NCBI RefSeq assembly: GCF_964355755.1
Contig: NC_092679.1
Location: 3,378,201 to 3,442,200, forward strand
Reading direction: 5' to 3'
DNA: 64,000 nucleotides
Source of the DNA: Antedon mediterranea
Taxonomy: Eukaryota; Animalia; Echinodermata
Both the position numbers and the translations under genes were made by a program. The stretch's first letter is position 1; each line of letters opens with the position of its first letter. Of the stretch, positions 13,351-27,882 are shown piece by piece. Under the pieces are notes generated by a model. That model was not told where the DNA came from and searched no databases. It saw only the letters and a list, made by a program, of their open reading frames with translations.

Positions 13351-16300
13351 AAAAGAAATAATATAATATATATAAATATTTAGATCTACTATTTTACAAT
13401 TTAAAATCTGGAAAAGATTACATAGTTTTGAGAAAAATCATAAGTCTAGTTTTGAAAGAGGAAAAGGATAAGGACTTCCGGATAAATAGAGGAAGATCAC
13501 TGTAGAAATGAGGGGCCTTGCACTGAAGGAGACGGTGCATAAAACGAGCTTGGTAATTTTCGTTGAATATGCCATTTTAATGCCACATAATAGTAATTTA
13601 CTTTTACCAAAAATTGAATTGAAAACAAAAATATTTAGGACCACCAAAAAAATAGTTAAATTAGCTAAATTGACTGAAAGTTAATGGTTTTTTGTTTAAC
13701 TTAACGGCGTTTATTTTGTCTTTTTATTAGTGAAAACATTTTTTTTCTACGGAAGAGCATTATTAAAACTGCGAAATGGCCCATTCTTTTTTTTTTTAAA
13801 TAATCTTCATTTTTCGGGGGGAAATACATATTTAAACGATATTGAATGTAGGCCCCAAATGTCATAAGCTTTTTTTCAAAATTTGTTTAAATATTGTCTG
13901 TACTTTTTTTACTGTTTTTAACATTGTTGATGTATTTTAAATGCAGTATATTAACAAATATTGATTTTCATTTTTATAGGCCTAAATTAGAGCAATGAAA
14001 GATGAATTGAATAAATTGTGGGTTAGGTCTAAATCCCCACAAAAGTGGGAAACAATGTTTGAAGGTAGAAATAATAATTATGTTTTTCCGATTGTTATGA
14101 CATTTTTGGCGTTTTGGGAGTTATATAACATTCATGTTTAATTCCTGTTGACATAACAGACCCTGTTATGTTATTTTACCGATTCAATATTTACAATGAC
14201 AAATTGTAAATATTTTCAAAAGACATTAAATATTTAAAACATGGTTCTACAACATGTTTACAACGTCATTAGTATATGTTTTGGAATTTCACAAAATTTT
14301 CATGGCTGTTTACGCATATCAGGTAGATACTGAAATCAAGGTTAGATAATTTCTCAAAACAATTATTGTTTTCATGTTCACGCGAAACGAAATTAAATTT
14401 CGTTATAACGGTGAAAATTTCACGCGGGATATCGAATCATTTTAAATTATCAGTAGTCCTACTAGGAAAAAATATGATTTAAATAATACGATTAAAAAAA
14501 AATGTAGTTTTAAGTAGGGAAATGTATACAATATTATAGTCTTTTGCAATTTATTAACTCTTTATAAACCTGTATGTCCGAAATAGATTTTATAAAATTT
14601 TATAAAATAGAAGTCTGATTTAAAATGTAGCCTATATGCCTACATGATAAAAAAAAAACGTTTTTAAACAGTAAAATTTATAAATCTAGTCCGAAATAGA
14701 TTGTATTATGTGAAATGGGCCAGAGGCCTTTATTTATTGAAATAAAAGAAAGTTTGTTGCACCGAACAAGGTTCATGTAGGGGGCGAAGTAGGCCAAGAT
14801 TAGATAGTGGGAGGAGTACCGTAATATTTTTGTACTTCAATATTAATGTAAGAAAATATAGATAACTTTATTTCGTCCACAAAAAAATTAGAAATAAATG
14901 CTTTTCAATATTTCTATAATTATGTTTAACTACATCCTCTCCACAAAGTGATCATAGACCGACTTAATCCAAGTGGTAGATTGAGGCTCCTCAGTGGGAA
15001 AACAAATCGATATGCCAAATCCTTTATTCCCTCCGGTATCATCCAGTACAACAGGAAGTCAAGAAGATAATATTATCTTGTATTTTTTTAGATGTTTTTA
15101 TATGAATGGTTTGTTTTTTGTTTTTTTTTTATTATGACGAGCAATGAATTTCCTTTTTGAGGATCAATAAAAGTTATCTTATCTTATCTTATACCGTATA
15201 ATATGCCTTTTATCAGCTGTTTGGTGATAGGTAATTATGAATGCATTAAACGTCATTATATTTATATTTTAGACTTTAATTTCTCAAAGATGAATCAGTA
15301 AGGTGACAGTTTCGTTATACTATTTACTTTTTCTCCCGAAATCGTTTAGGGTGGCCTGTGATGACGAAGGGTTTACATAGTGTTGGGTCATGACACAACG
15401 CATAAATTGAGGAATAGTAGGCGAAATAGCCTAGACTTAAGACGCCGTTATCTAAGCAATAGACACCGTGTTTTCTGTGACGGAACAATCTTTACTAGAG
15501 CTATGATTTGTTATAGGTACGTTTAATTGTTGGCCTAAATCATTATTTATTGATTTAGGCGTATAGCATTGATGATGTCATGATTACCACATGAAAGTCT
15601 ATTTTCCTAAATGCTGTAATACACCCGAATGTTTTATGAATTATTTTAATTGAATGAATTACAGATAATTCTCAAGGGCTTTATGTTGTTAATTGCCGAA
15701 AGACTATTCGACGGAGTAATGTCGTCAGACTGCGATGTAGTCGAAGAAGACCTTGTATGTTCATCTCAACGATCTTGTGTTTTTATTCTATATTGTAAAA
15801 TTTACCGAAACATCACCGAATGTGTGAGAAATTCATAAGTAAGTGTTTTCCATTTTCTAGGAATTATGAGCCTATGACAGTATGAGTTTTTGAAAATTGT
15901 TTTTCGTTGTAAACATTTTTTCTAATGGAACAGAAGGTCAATATTGCCAAACCATTCAAAAGTGTACTAATTAGCAATACTTCATAAACTATTGAAAAAA
16001 CACACAATAAAGCCTAGGCTAAAATTTCGTTTACAAACGACGTTCATACACTGTGTATAGAGTGTTTTAACGCACTCAATTACATCATGATTACCATTAA
16101 AATTACCAAACTACTTCTGTTCTTCAATTAATAAGGGTCTTTATAAAATTATTAACCATTTATTAGAACACATTAATTAATGGACCTCAACAAGTAAATG
16201 CTTTATTAATGAAATAGGACGTAAATCTATTATACCGAATGACCACTTGACGAACTACTCGAAGGTACTTCATAGATACTAAGTTGATTATTACAATGGG

Positions 16301-16463
16301 CCTTAAGATAAAAACTACGATGTCTTTTTTTATTGTGTTTTATTGCAGATGTAGTAGTGTTTGAAAAGTAAATGTTTGTTAAGATAGCCTTCAAATTAAA
16401 AACTTTTAATATTAAAACGAGTAGGTCTTATAGTTTCTCAGTCTCATATGAAAGTTCTCACTT

Positions 16464-16638
16464 TAAAAAAGCGTGATGTGCCCAAATATGAACAATGTGC
16501 CCAAATTTTGATAGTGATACATGCCTAAATATGGTAGTGGTATGTCCAAATATAGTAGTGATATGACATCATCATATCCATATAATGTACACATCACATT
16601 TTGTTTTGTCGCAACGCTTGATAGTGTAGTCAGACCTT
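16464..16638. mobile_element. MITE family A copy, decayed
   Basis: GTGATGTGCCCAAATATG repeats and a TTGATAGTGTAG end. Confidence 0.7.
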
Positions 16639-17526
16639 AACACGTATTGTATGTAGTAGTATAGCTAGCTCATTTTTTTTTACATTAAAACAAATATTTA
16701 TAAAATACAATTCAATTCAATTCAATTTGTGCTTCATTTTTTTATATAAAAGTTTCTTCTCTTTTGAAAGAAGATACATGGTCCCACCCCTTTATATAAC
16801 CTCTATTTCTTATGGGGTTTTTATCTATATACAATGTGGAATTTAAATTTGGTAGTATACACTATAACGGTGTATTTGTTTGCCTAGGTTACAATATTAC
16901 AATATATTAAAACAATATGCAAATATTGGAATAACAAGCGGCACAGTTGGCAGACACATTTTTAAACAATTAAACTAATATGCATATTTTTATAATGCTA
17001 ATCATTTTGATAAATAGAACGCAATGGGTCGCCATTTATGTTATTATGTGGACCGCGGCTGGTAATCACACTAATAATTAGTGAACAATTAGCATCTAGT
17101 AACTAATTAGCGAGTTGTAACATCTTGTTAAATATCATTGCTGTTTTGTTAATACACAGCGATAATTAATTCGTTGGACAATTTAAGCCGATCTGATCTT
17201 CCAATAGTTATTTGTTGTGGATGAATTAAATATTCAGGATTATATAACGCCATCTTGTACCATATCTATGCCAATTGTTGCTATGTTTTTAAAATAAGTC
17301 TGTTTATAATGTTAGCCAAGCTGTGACCACAGGTCTATTTGAGGCAAATCAATAATATTGGGAAGGATTTAAAATTGTTGTACAAAAGGTTAAACTTTAA
17401 TTACGGTTATTTATAATTATTACAATATCTGGAGTGGGGGATAATTTATATGAAACTTTTAATCGCATCAGGTGAAGAGCTTTAGCACAGTTTGGCAAAC
17501 ACTTATGGTAAATTCATTTGTTTGTT

Positions 17527-18530
17527 ATGAGGTACTTGGCAAAAACTTCTAAAAAAAGGACCATAACATTGTATTCTTACATAAAGGTAAAAACTACTAA
17601 GCAATGATGCTTAAATTATAGAAATGTGAAACACTCATGGAAATTGTAAGTGAAAAAATTAGTTCAGAACTTATGGAATTAAGTTTAATCTTGTCGTAGG
17701 CCATTATTTGGTTTTACATAGGCCTACTGAAATGAGGTACTTGGCTAAAAACGGACGATAACATTTTAATTCTTAAACATTGGAAAAACAAAAACCACTA
17801 AGCAATAATGGCAAAATTATAAATGTGGAACACTTGGGGAAATGTAAGAGTGAAAACATTAAAAGTCGAGGACTTACGGTATGGAACTAAGTTTAATCTT
17901 GTCTTGGGCCATTATTTGGTTTTACACAGGCCTACTTAAATGAGATATTTGGCAAAAACCTCTAAAAACGGACCATAACAGTTTAATTATTCTTACATCG
18001 GAATGGTGAGACCAGTCATGCTAATTTTCGCTCGGTATCGTCTGGTAGGGTGTTATGATATAAAATGATGTCAAGTACATGTTATTTAAGATGCTTTAGT
18101 AGTAAATTTAACTTATATATATTTTTATAAAATCAGTTAAAATATACTATATATATATATACTAAATATAACTTTTCATTCCGAGCAATAATGCTAAAAT
18201 TATAAATGTGGAACACTTGGGGGAATATAAGAGTAAACAAAATTAAAAGTCGAGGACATATGGAATTAAGTTAAAGCTTGTTGTGGGTCATTAGGGGCCT
18301 ATTAGGTGTTACACAGGCCTACTAAAATGAGGTACTTGGCAAAATCCTCTAAAAATGGACCATAACATTTTAATTCTTACATTAGAAAGGCAAAAACTAC
18401 CAACTGAAATTATTAACGTAGAACACTCTCAGGGAAAAATGTAAGATTGAAAAAATTAAAAGTCCAGGACTTATGGAATTAAGTTTAATCTTGTTGTAGG
18501 CCATTATTTGGTTTACACAGGCCTACTAAA
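17527..18530. repeat. ~200 bp tandem repeat, 4 units, third interrupted at 17998-18184
   Basis: Recurrent ATGAGGTACTTGGC...GGACCATAACATT...AAGTTTAATCTTGT...GGCCATTATTTGG...AGGCCTACT. Confidence 0.9.
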
Positions 18531-19271
18531 ATCCTGGAGATAACCTATATAATGAACCACTGGCTATAAGTTACTTTTGTTCCAGTTTAGATGGGACAGT
18601 CTTGGATAAGCTATTTCGTGTAGTGATTTAACCATGAAATGTAATTTTCTGATTATAATTGGCGAGACATGTATTATGATACTAATAAGATTTTAAAAAG
18701 AAAGAATGGATTACCCCTTTTTGCTATAGAAAACTCATAAGCCTTTTCACAGGCCTACACAGGGGCTACACTAAGCCTATACCAAACCGAAATCATTGCT
18801 GCAGCCCTAACAGCGAAGGCCCACTAATCTACGATTAGTTACTTTTACTTAATAATAACGAATCGCTTTTAAATTCTGTTATATTGGTATAAGGATTTAG
18901 ATATTTCACTGTTGGTCCTTGGGAAGGATAAACCATCTAAACCCAAACACTTGCTACTGTCTGTGAAACAATACGAGTTTAAAATCTGGACCAGGAATTG
19001 GATTGTTTCTCATGGTAAGAAATATTGTAACGGGATTAACAAAAATTAACCATCTTATGCGTAACACAGAAGGTGATAATGTTCATGATAGCTGTCGCCG
19101 TTAGGGAACATGATGATTAAAAGAGATTACATACGATTTACTTTTTATCGTAAAGATGCTAATTAATTGATTAGAAATATTATTATTCAATATTGGTCTA
19201 AATGTTGTCGAATTTATATAGTGCTAACACTAACAACAAATATTATTTTTAAGAAAGTTTTAAAAACTTTG

Positions 19272-19495
19272 ATTGAAGGCTCTAATTGAACGTTGATAGT
19301 AACGGTATACCGTTTCTCTACTGACGGTTTTACAATAACTTTTATAGTAAATAAAGCTAAATATAACATACATATTTAAAATAGAATGTTTTAAGAGAGT
19401 TTTGAACAATTTTACGAAGGCTCTTAAACGTTGATAACGGTATTTTTTCTCTATTGACGGTTTTATAATAACTTTTATAGTAAATAAAAGCTATA
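19272..19495. repeat. ~90 bp direct repeat, 2 copies
   Basis: AACGTTGATA...AACGGTAT...TGACGGTTTTA.AATAACTTTTATAGTAAATAAA occurs twice. Confidence 0.8.
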
Positions 19496-21224
19496 CATAT
19501 CATAGAAAAAAAGCTAAAACATCCATTATACAAAAATACAAAAATAAAAACTTCAAATACTGAAAGTATACTAGTGAATTGAGGCAACTGATAACTACGA
19601 TAATAATTTTCGGTCCGCTTCTTTTCTAAATAATATTCATAAAATTAGAGAAAATGTTGTTTAGGTCTGTTGAATAGGGAAATTAGATACACTCAATATT
19701 GCACTAAGTTTAGGCAGGAAGAATAAATTAAGACTGGGACCAATAAAAAAAAAAATCAAATCTAAGGAAAAACAATTGTGGTAACTCACAATATGATCAT
19801 GCATCAGAAGTCACTATAGGTTTGTCAAAAGTGTAAGCCACAACATTTTAGAGTGAAACCAACAAAGAAATAGGCCTAAGAACATGCTTGCCCAAAAGTA
19901 TTTTAAAATATAAAGTTTTTCAAGCTTTTATTTATAAAGTTAAAAGTCAATTTCTTATTTATAGTGTTGGTGAAAACATGCTGCGTTTTCAAATGGGATC
20001 TTAGATTAAAAAAACCTTATATAATTTGAATTATAACACAGTTTAAAAAAATAGACCATGGGTACATAATGGAGCTATCCTATTTCCATAGTTACAGCAA
20101 GAACCCCATCCGTAATTACACAACAAACTCTTAATTATAATTTAATTAACTTGTTATCCAAGTCCGCCGAATGTAATTAAGGTTGATAAGGTCCTATAAG
20201 TCGGCTAAATGTTACAAATTACCTTGCATTTCAAGTACCTAATAACAATAGTGTTTTGAAACAATGCTTAATCATAGAAGCAATCAGCCGACTTTCTTCA
20301 ATCATCTACTTCAATTAGTAGAGGTAATTCGGGATAAGAGAAAAAAGAATTGTTGAAACAATTGTAAGCTTTAAGTTAATTCTGGATAAGTCGTTTGTGT
20401 TAAGGACATCTTCTAAACAAGGGAGATGTACTTTACCCGTCTCACAAAGCGTCTGTGTGGCTTGTTGAGTGGAGAAAGTGCTAAAACAATAGAGAATGCA
20501 CTTAAAGGCCTAAAGCATACTGCAGCCTATAAACTCATATGGACACTGTGGTCGGTACAAGACAATAGCGATGTACTAACATGCACTAAGGGAACTTGTA
20601 GGAGAATATGGACTCTTCTTATCCATTTGTCCGAACCTTTTCCCACCTAATTAGGACGGATTCCCAAGTTTTACATCCAGATTATACGACACAAAGAGGA
20701 TTGGGTGAATTCTGCTCCGAGGTATATTTGTATCAGTAGATTATTCCAAACACAATCTCTGGATTACAAGATTCGAAATCAAAGAGTTTTTTTTATTGGG
20801 TACAAATACACTTAAAATTCGATTGTCTATTCGTTGGACTTCTGTACACATAAATCTCGGCTTTACTCACCGGGTTACAAAATATAGGTATTATCTATGA
20901 CAATACGTAGTGATCATTACGGTGGTTAAGTGGAGTAAAGAATTGTGAACCAATAATTGACCTTGCCATGTTTGTAAGTTTTCAATAATAAAAGTCAATA
21001 ATCATCTCAACATTCTTTCAATTCGGTATTATAGAAACATTTTTAACAAAAGGGATTCCCTTCTTTTGATTAAACTTTTCATAAAGAAAGAAATAATTAA
21101 AATGTAGTTGGTAAAGCTTATGGTGGAGCTAGACGAAAGAAGACTTGTATGATGCATTGACGATATGATTTTGAATAATGCAGGCATACTGTTGATTAAG
21201 TCTTATTAAAAAGCCTAAAATCAA

Positions 21225-21425
21225 AGTTTTTTTATCTATAGGCCTACTGTATATTGTTTTGCATTGTGGTCCTGTCTTAAATACAAAAACAAAATCAGGT
21301 CAAAAAAGTTTAGTTTTGTGAAAAATAGAATTAGATAATAATATCTAGCTTTGAATGAAGCAATTGTTGTGGCATATTTAATTTCAGTTAGGTAGGTTAT
21401 TCCATATTTTTGCGCCTGCAACTTT
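21225..21425 (-). mobile_element. CR1-like LINE 3' fragment
   Basis: ...TEIKYATTIASFKARY C-terminal-like stretch followed by AGACAGGACCACAATGCAAA; the same tail recurs at ~25975-26090. Confidence 0.6.
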
Positions 21426-23356
21426 GAACGACTTTCTTTGGCCTATATATAGGCCTCTACACTGTGCATTCACCTGCTTGATTAAATAATGTGATCTGTG
21501 TCTATACCACCGATCACTTTAAATCGGTTTATGATATGGTAAATATTTTATTGTCTCTATTTATATTGTTTATTTTCTTAAATTAGAAATTAGAATTGTT
21601 TGACCTAGTTTGCGCTCGTACGACCTTCATTCGTGTCTATAAATCAACTCAGACAAACGTTACTGTTTGTGTAATGATAATGTTATTCTTTCTACAATCG
21701 GGACGGCCGCCGTGGTTACAGTGGTTTTGTGAATTCATTGAACATCGCCATTAAAAGCGGTTTCTTGATTATCTGAGAAAACAAACAATTAGACCGCTTC
21801 TAGTCATTGGTTTTAACAAAATTAACAAGAAGAAATACTAATTATTATCTTCCGGAGTTTTATTAGTTTTGTAATTAAGCATTTTAATTTTATATTTAGA
21901 CCAATAAATACAGTATCTAAGTTGTCAGTAGTACAAGTGTTTCTACAAAAAATAGCTACAATTAGTTTTTAAATTTAATTTAACAATTCAATTCATTTCA
22001 ACTTTATTTATCAATTGTCAAAATAATATACAGTTCAAAATATAAGGGTTACTAAGTTTAGGCCTAAGTTTAAATGATTGAATGAACTGTTTATTTTTTC
22101 AAATAGGCCTACTATTTTTATAACAAAGGCCTAAAAAAGAAAAGACATTAATTAATATTATGGGAAACCAACTTCACCACCAGTCAGTCCCTAATTGTTG
22201 GGGAAATGTACTGGAATTCTGTGAAAACAAACTTTTTTATGTGACCGACGGAATTTCGGGGGCACATGTCTACCATTTTAGTTTGTTATTTTACCGTTTC
22301 GCAATTACACTTCAAATTACGTCCTCAAAGTTATTATACATTATTTCCAGAGAGAAAACAATTAGGAATTATCGTTTTATGAAGAAACTATCTAACTCCA
22401 TTTTCTTGGAACATTTACCATCACACTAATTTCGCTTCTAGTCGGTTTGTATCTAAACTTTGTCCAGTATAATGCAATTAAATCCGTAATACAGGTATCA
22501 CATGTGATACATGTGAGATGCTGTATTACGGAATTTGCCTGACTGTGGAAGAACTGGGTGAATGTCTGGGTTTTAAAATTTACAGTAGGCCTAATGCAAT
22601 CCGCGATACAGGTATCATATGCGATACATAAGAGATGCTGTATTACGGAATTTGCCTGATACTGAGGAATGTCTAGGTTTTATGTCGACAAGGATTTACA
22701 TTTAACTTTTTAAACTTACTAAACATAAAAATACAAACCTGTAATCTGATATAGGTGCGTATGTAGCATAACAAAAACAACGTGTTTACCCGTGTTTAAT
22801 CACCATACTTAAACCCCGTGTCGCGGATTAATAGACCTTGCACCCCAGCAAAATTGATATTTCTAAAGTAAACACATTTTCATGAAAGCGATTTTTGCAG
22901 ACGTTGGTGAAATATTATTGACATAATTGATAATAGTTGAAAATCAGAGGGTGTGATGGAATGGCCTTGCCTTTTGTGACTGATTTTAGGTGCATTCGAG
23001 ACTGGAATAAGTAAAAAGAATAACCGTATGTAGTTGTTTTCTTACGACCATAGCACGCGTTATAAACAGTATGTCTTGCTGCGCTACGTTGATTTTTAAT
23101 AATCACAGACGGGCTTTGAGGCTGGATATGCCGTACGCTTCAGCGAATCAAAAATCGCTAAATCAGCCAAAACTTTGGCTTACGCATCGTCGCAATTTTA
23201 TATTCAATCCAAATTAATATTTTGATGAATTATACTTCCGTTTGTTTATTCTTCCAATAGCAAAAGGCAAAGGTGGTGACATGTCTAAATATGTTTTTTT
23301 TTCTAGTTTGTATATTAAAATAGCTCGAATGACACTTCTACCAAAATATCTAAAAC

Positions 23357-23525
23357 TCTGTCTATACTAATAGTTTGAAAAAAAGTATGATGTGCCCATA
23401 CAGTACGGTAGTGATATGCCCAAATATGGTAGTGATATGCCCAAATATGGTAGTGATATGACATCATCATGCCCATATATGGGCACATCAATGTTGTTGT
23501 CACATAAAGTTTGATAGTGTAGACA
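23357..23525. mobile_element. MITE family A copy
   Basis: Internal GCCCAAATATGGTAGTGATAT repeats; both TIRs recognisable. Confidence 0.8.
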
Positions 23526-24977
23526 TATCTGATTCTCTGCTTTCATACATGTTTTGTTGTTGTTTACGTGAAATATAATGAAACAAATATTCAGAAATCT
23601 GAATCTTATTTGTTGTTATGTTATGAACTTTTATCGCCAACTTCAACTACCAAATAAAGCACACAAAAATAGATTTAGGCCTACAGTTTCAATTGAATAG
23701 TCAAATATATTTTTTATCTTAACTTTTAATTGTAATTGTTTATATAAATAGTTTAAAAAATTATATTTACAGAGCTATAACGGCGTAAAGATATGCATTC
23801 AATAACAAATTGAGATTCGTTATAATTATGATAAAATGATATTATATTTGTTTATAGGTCTAGTTAATGAGAAGAAGTAATTCATAGTTAGCAGGATAAG
23901 AGGTAATGATCTCATAAAAATGTTGTCTCACAAAGAAATAAATGATTTTGAAATATTAGTTGTTCGTGTCATCTCAAACCTCTTTTAAATATTTTAGTAC
24001 TTTACAGTCCTGATTTGCAATAAACTTAAATTACTACCAAACATGGGGTCATTACTTCCGATGGCGACACGCACATAATTAAAACTTTTAATTATAAAGA
24101 AACGGTAAACAGACGTCAATGGTAATCGGTATTATAACTGTAAAAACATTATACTGGATCATAGCTAACAAGTGTTTATTTTACTGAATGCTCCAAATAT
24201 AAGTTAAGAACAGTCATTAGAAGTAATCAATCGAACTAATTAAGGGCCAAAACAAAACAATTTCGTTAACGGAACAGAGTCTGCTGATGGAGGTCAGACG
24301 GGTGTAAAAGTGAGACACTAGGCGGGCTTGCAGGGGCTCGTGTTACGGTATTTTATTGTATTGTATTAGGACTTATGGCTAGGCCCATAGACCGCCGCCT
24401 CAGACAGGTAGCCACGCCAGGAAATTACACAAGAAACTGGTATTCGTCAGAATTTGGTTTACGATCACGTGATGCATACTAATCAGGATGACGCGTTCTA
24501 TTTTTATATAATTATGACTATTAATAATTTACTTTATATTGATTTTCCAGTAATTAATATATATTATATACATCAATTAGGATTAATTATGACATAGGCG
24601 AGCACAATGGAAAAACTTTGGGAAAGATCTCCGCCTTGTTATAACAAATTTATATATTGCTTGAAAAAATATTTATTTATAAACATTTTATACAAGGCCT
24701 ATAGATATTACAGGCATACTGTCGTACTATAGTACCATAGACCTATATAGGTCGTTGGTAGTACGTACGTAGCCTGCATGAATGTTATTGACCAAATGCA
24801 CTGCATTGTAGTAATACATATTCCATATCAGAATTGTGAACATTTCGATAGGCCTACAATTGATTGATTGATTGATTGATCACTTTATTTCACAATAAAT
24901 TCCATATATACAACAAACAATACAAAACGGAAAATCACACTAAAATAGGATAATTGACTGGTTTTTAAGGGTCCTAA

Positions 24978-25122
24978 AGCTCTGTCTACACTATCAAACT
25001 AGTTTGACAAAAAAAGTGTGATGTGCCTAAATATGGTAGTTGTATACCTAAATATGGTAGTGGTATGACATCATCATGTCCATATATGGGCACATCACAT
25101 TTTTTTTAGTGTAGACAGAGCT
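24978..25122. mobile_element. MITE family A copy
   Basis: AGCTCTGTCTACACTA ... TAGTGTAGACAGAGCT. Confidence 0.85.
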
Positions 25123-27061
25123 TTAATTTAATTGGCCTAAGTAAATCAAGTCACACATTTGTGTTAAAGTGCAAGCTAACTAAAAAGCCTGTTTTTTTTT
25201 AAATATAAAAGTTGTATGCTAAGTATTAGGGTCAGTGGTTTTGGGGACTTAGATGACCTGGATTGAGAAGATGAGAGAGTGACGATGACGGATCATGATG
25301 AGTTTACACGGTACTAAGTTGCGCCACCCACAAACCTATAATGGCAAAGAAAAATATAAACAATTTTGATAACATGTTTTTGTTGTGGTGCGCAAAGTGC
25401 TGACCGACGAAAACGCAACCTTGGTAGAATAGAGGGCAATAAAACCACATTACACAGAAAACGAGAAAATTGACCGACAAATCACTTCTTGGAGTCTAGT
25501 CGCCGCTAACGTAGCCAGTCGTGCGCGCATAGCCCATAAAAAATCCCTTTACTTCTCATTACTTCATTACTAAAACTAACTGTTTACACAACGACTAAAA
25601 ACAAAGCTGTGTTATTGATGAGTGGCCAATGGCTTAACCCATCAAGCCAATTAAAATAAATACTTGACGAAACAGATCTGAACGCACTGATTATATTTCA
25701 GTACCGAATTCAACGATTATATTCGCTCGCCTAGCCCCGACTATCTAGCCCTAAGGCACGACGTAAAGTGAAGTCTTTCAACGCCCAGCACCATTCTGGC
25801 GGTATGCGAGACAACGATAAAACTCGAGAAATTTTACAACAAATGGTTACTTTCCGTGTGGTATTATAAGGTGATATATCACCCTTGTTGATAAAGTTAA
25901 AAATTAGTTTCGGAATGGACAATCAGACACGTCGATATTGTTTGTTCGTCCATGACTATTATTTATTTATTTAACAACATCTTTATACAGGATTACACAA
26001 TCCGGTAAAAGAAAACCGGTTTTGCATTGTGGTCCTGTCTTGAATACAAAAAAAACAGGGAAAAAAGGTTTAATTTTGTGAGAAAAAAAATTAGATCGGC
26101 AGTGTATTGCATGAATTATAGCCTCACCCACCATCATAATCATTTATAATCCTAATAGAAGATATAATGTATATCTTCACACAGTAGGCCTGAATATTAA
26201 TTTGTATCTCTTTCGTAGGGGAAACCCATTTATATTTTATATTGTACAATCAAAAATGTTTCATGTAGCGGCCTAAATCAAAATTGAAGAGTGTAAATAT
26301 AGCAGATCTATAAAATATAATGTACAATTTTCTCTCTATATATGATAAAAAGAAGTTAAGATGATTTTTTAATATTTCCAGTACATTTCTGTAAAATATC
26401 TAAAAGTTTATATTTATATACATATAAAATAGGCCTATACTGACACTTGAGGGGTAAAGAACAAATCCTAAGCCGTACGTATGTATATATTATATAGGCA
26501 TATACGTATACACACGCGCACACACGCATATATATATAATTATACAGAGAAAATATATAGAAGAGTTAAAGAATAGGCCTATTAAAAGTATGCGTTCTGA
26601 TCCGGTTCTGAGTTCTATAAACCGTTTTGGATGAAACGAACTCCAACCTCAGGCCCACTGGTTTGTGAAAATTAGGTCATCTTTTAGGCCTATAACATTT
26701 TATCCAGGCAGCGCCACGTGAGTTTGGTTAAGGTATTGCAGAAAGAAGGTCATAATGTTGAAGGAGGACCTCTTCGAAACATTTTAAATTTGAAGATAAA
26801 AGACACCGAAGTGACTGTTTACCGACATTTCTGTGTTTCAGTGTACCTGTTCATCACGTTTGTTCTAATATCTAATCCCGCAGGACTTGTGGTCTAAAAA
26901 TTTAAAAAGGAGAACTTAAAGGGCAGCTCCGGGTTTAAATTATAATTGGGGTAACTGATAACATTAATACATTTTTTTCAGCATGCACAACCACCATCGT
27001 AAAATAAAGCTACTGTTATTTATAGAATGTTACAAAAATGTCACTTGCTTTTCAATGACTA

Positions 27062-27216
27062 AGCTCTGTCTACACAGACTAGTTTGACAAAAAGTGTGAT
27101 TTGCCCAAATATGGTAGTGATATGCTTACATATGGCAGTGATATGACATCATCATGTCCATATATGGGCACATCACATGTTTTTGTCGCATAAAGTTTGA
27201 TAGGGTAGACAGAGCT
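27062..27216. mobile_element. MITE family A copy
   Basis: AGCTCTGTCTAC ... GTAGACAGAGCT with internal repeats. Confidence 0.85.
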
Positions 27217-27738
27217 TTAGGCCTATCATACAAGTACAATCGTTGATGGGTAACAATTTGCTTTTAAAAATAGTATATTTCTATGTAAAAATGATTGTTC
27301 TTTCGATTTGTTACTGTACTGCAATTTACAAATCATATCATTTATCTTACTATAAAACAAATGGGGTTATCAAACCTTTGTTGAAAAGGTTTACACTTTA
27401 TTTTATAGGCCTAGATGTTTGTAATTATTGAAACCCATAATCTTAAACGTTGTGAACATGATAGTTATCCATGGTGTACCATTGGTTGGCATACTTCATC
27501 GATTAATCAAAAAATAAAGTAAAAAATAATTCGAGTTTGTGTAAATTATTGTATATTTAATAAACCTGATCATTATCTTTGACTATTATTACGAGTAACT
27601 GTAATCACTACGGAGTAATATAATACAGCGAACATTGGTGGTGATGTATGCAAACTATATCTGTCAATCACACTGACTGACAGGGCATATTATCTTTTGG
27701 ATAAACTTATCACAATATTAGGTAATATATTTTCTGTA

Positions 27739-27882
27739 AAGCTTGGTTCCCACTAGAACGTAACGCAAGGACGTAAACGCAACGCAAGCGTTTTAACCAA
27801 TGACAAGCGAAGTTATAGACAGTTAGCAATCACAAGCGAATAAGCCATCGCTTGTGATTGGTCAATTCACTTGCGTTGCGTA
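27739..27882. mobile_element. Truncated MITE with ACGCAA/TTGCGT repeats (related fragments ~32410-32460 and ~59390-59450)
   Basis: AAGCTTGGTTCCCACTAG start, then AACGCAAGGACGTA and ACGCAACGCAAG, inverted at TTGCGTTGCGT. Confidence 0.6.

Noticed and set aside
23315-23503. ORFs with YHYHIWA-type repeats (also 30190-30381)
   Set aside because: These are translations of MITE family A internal repeats.
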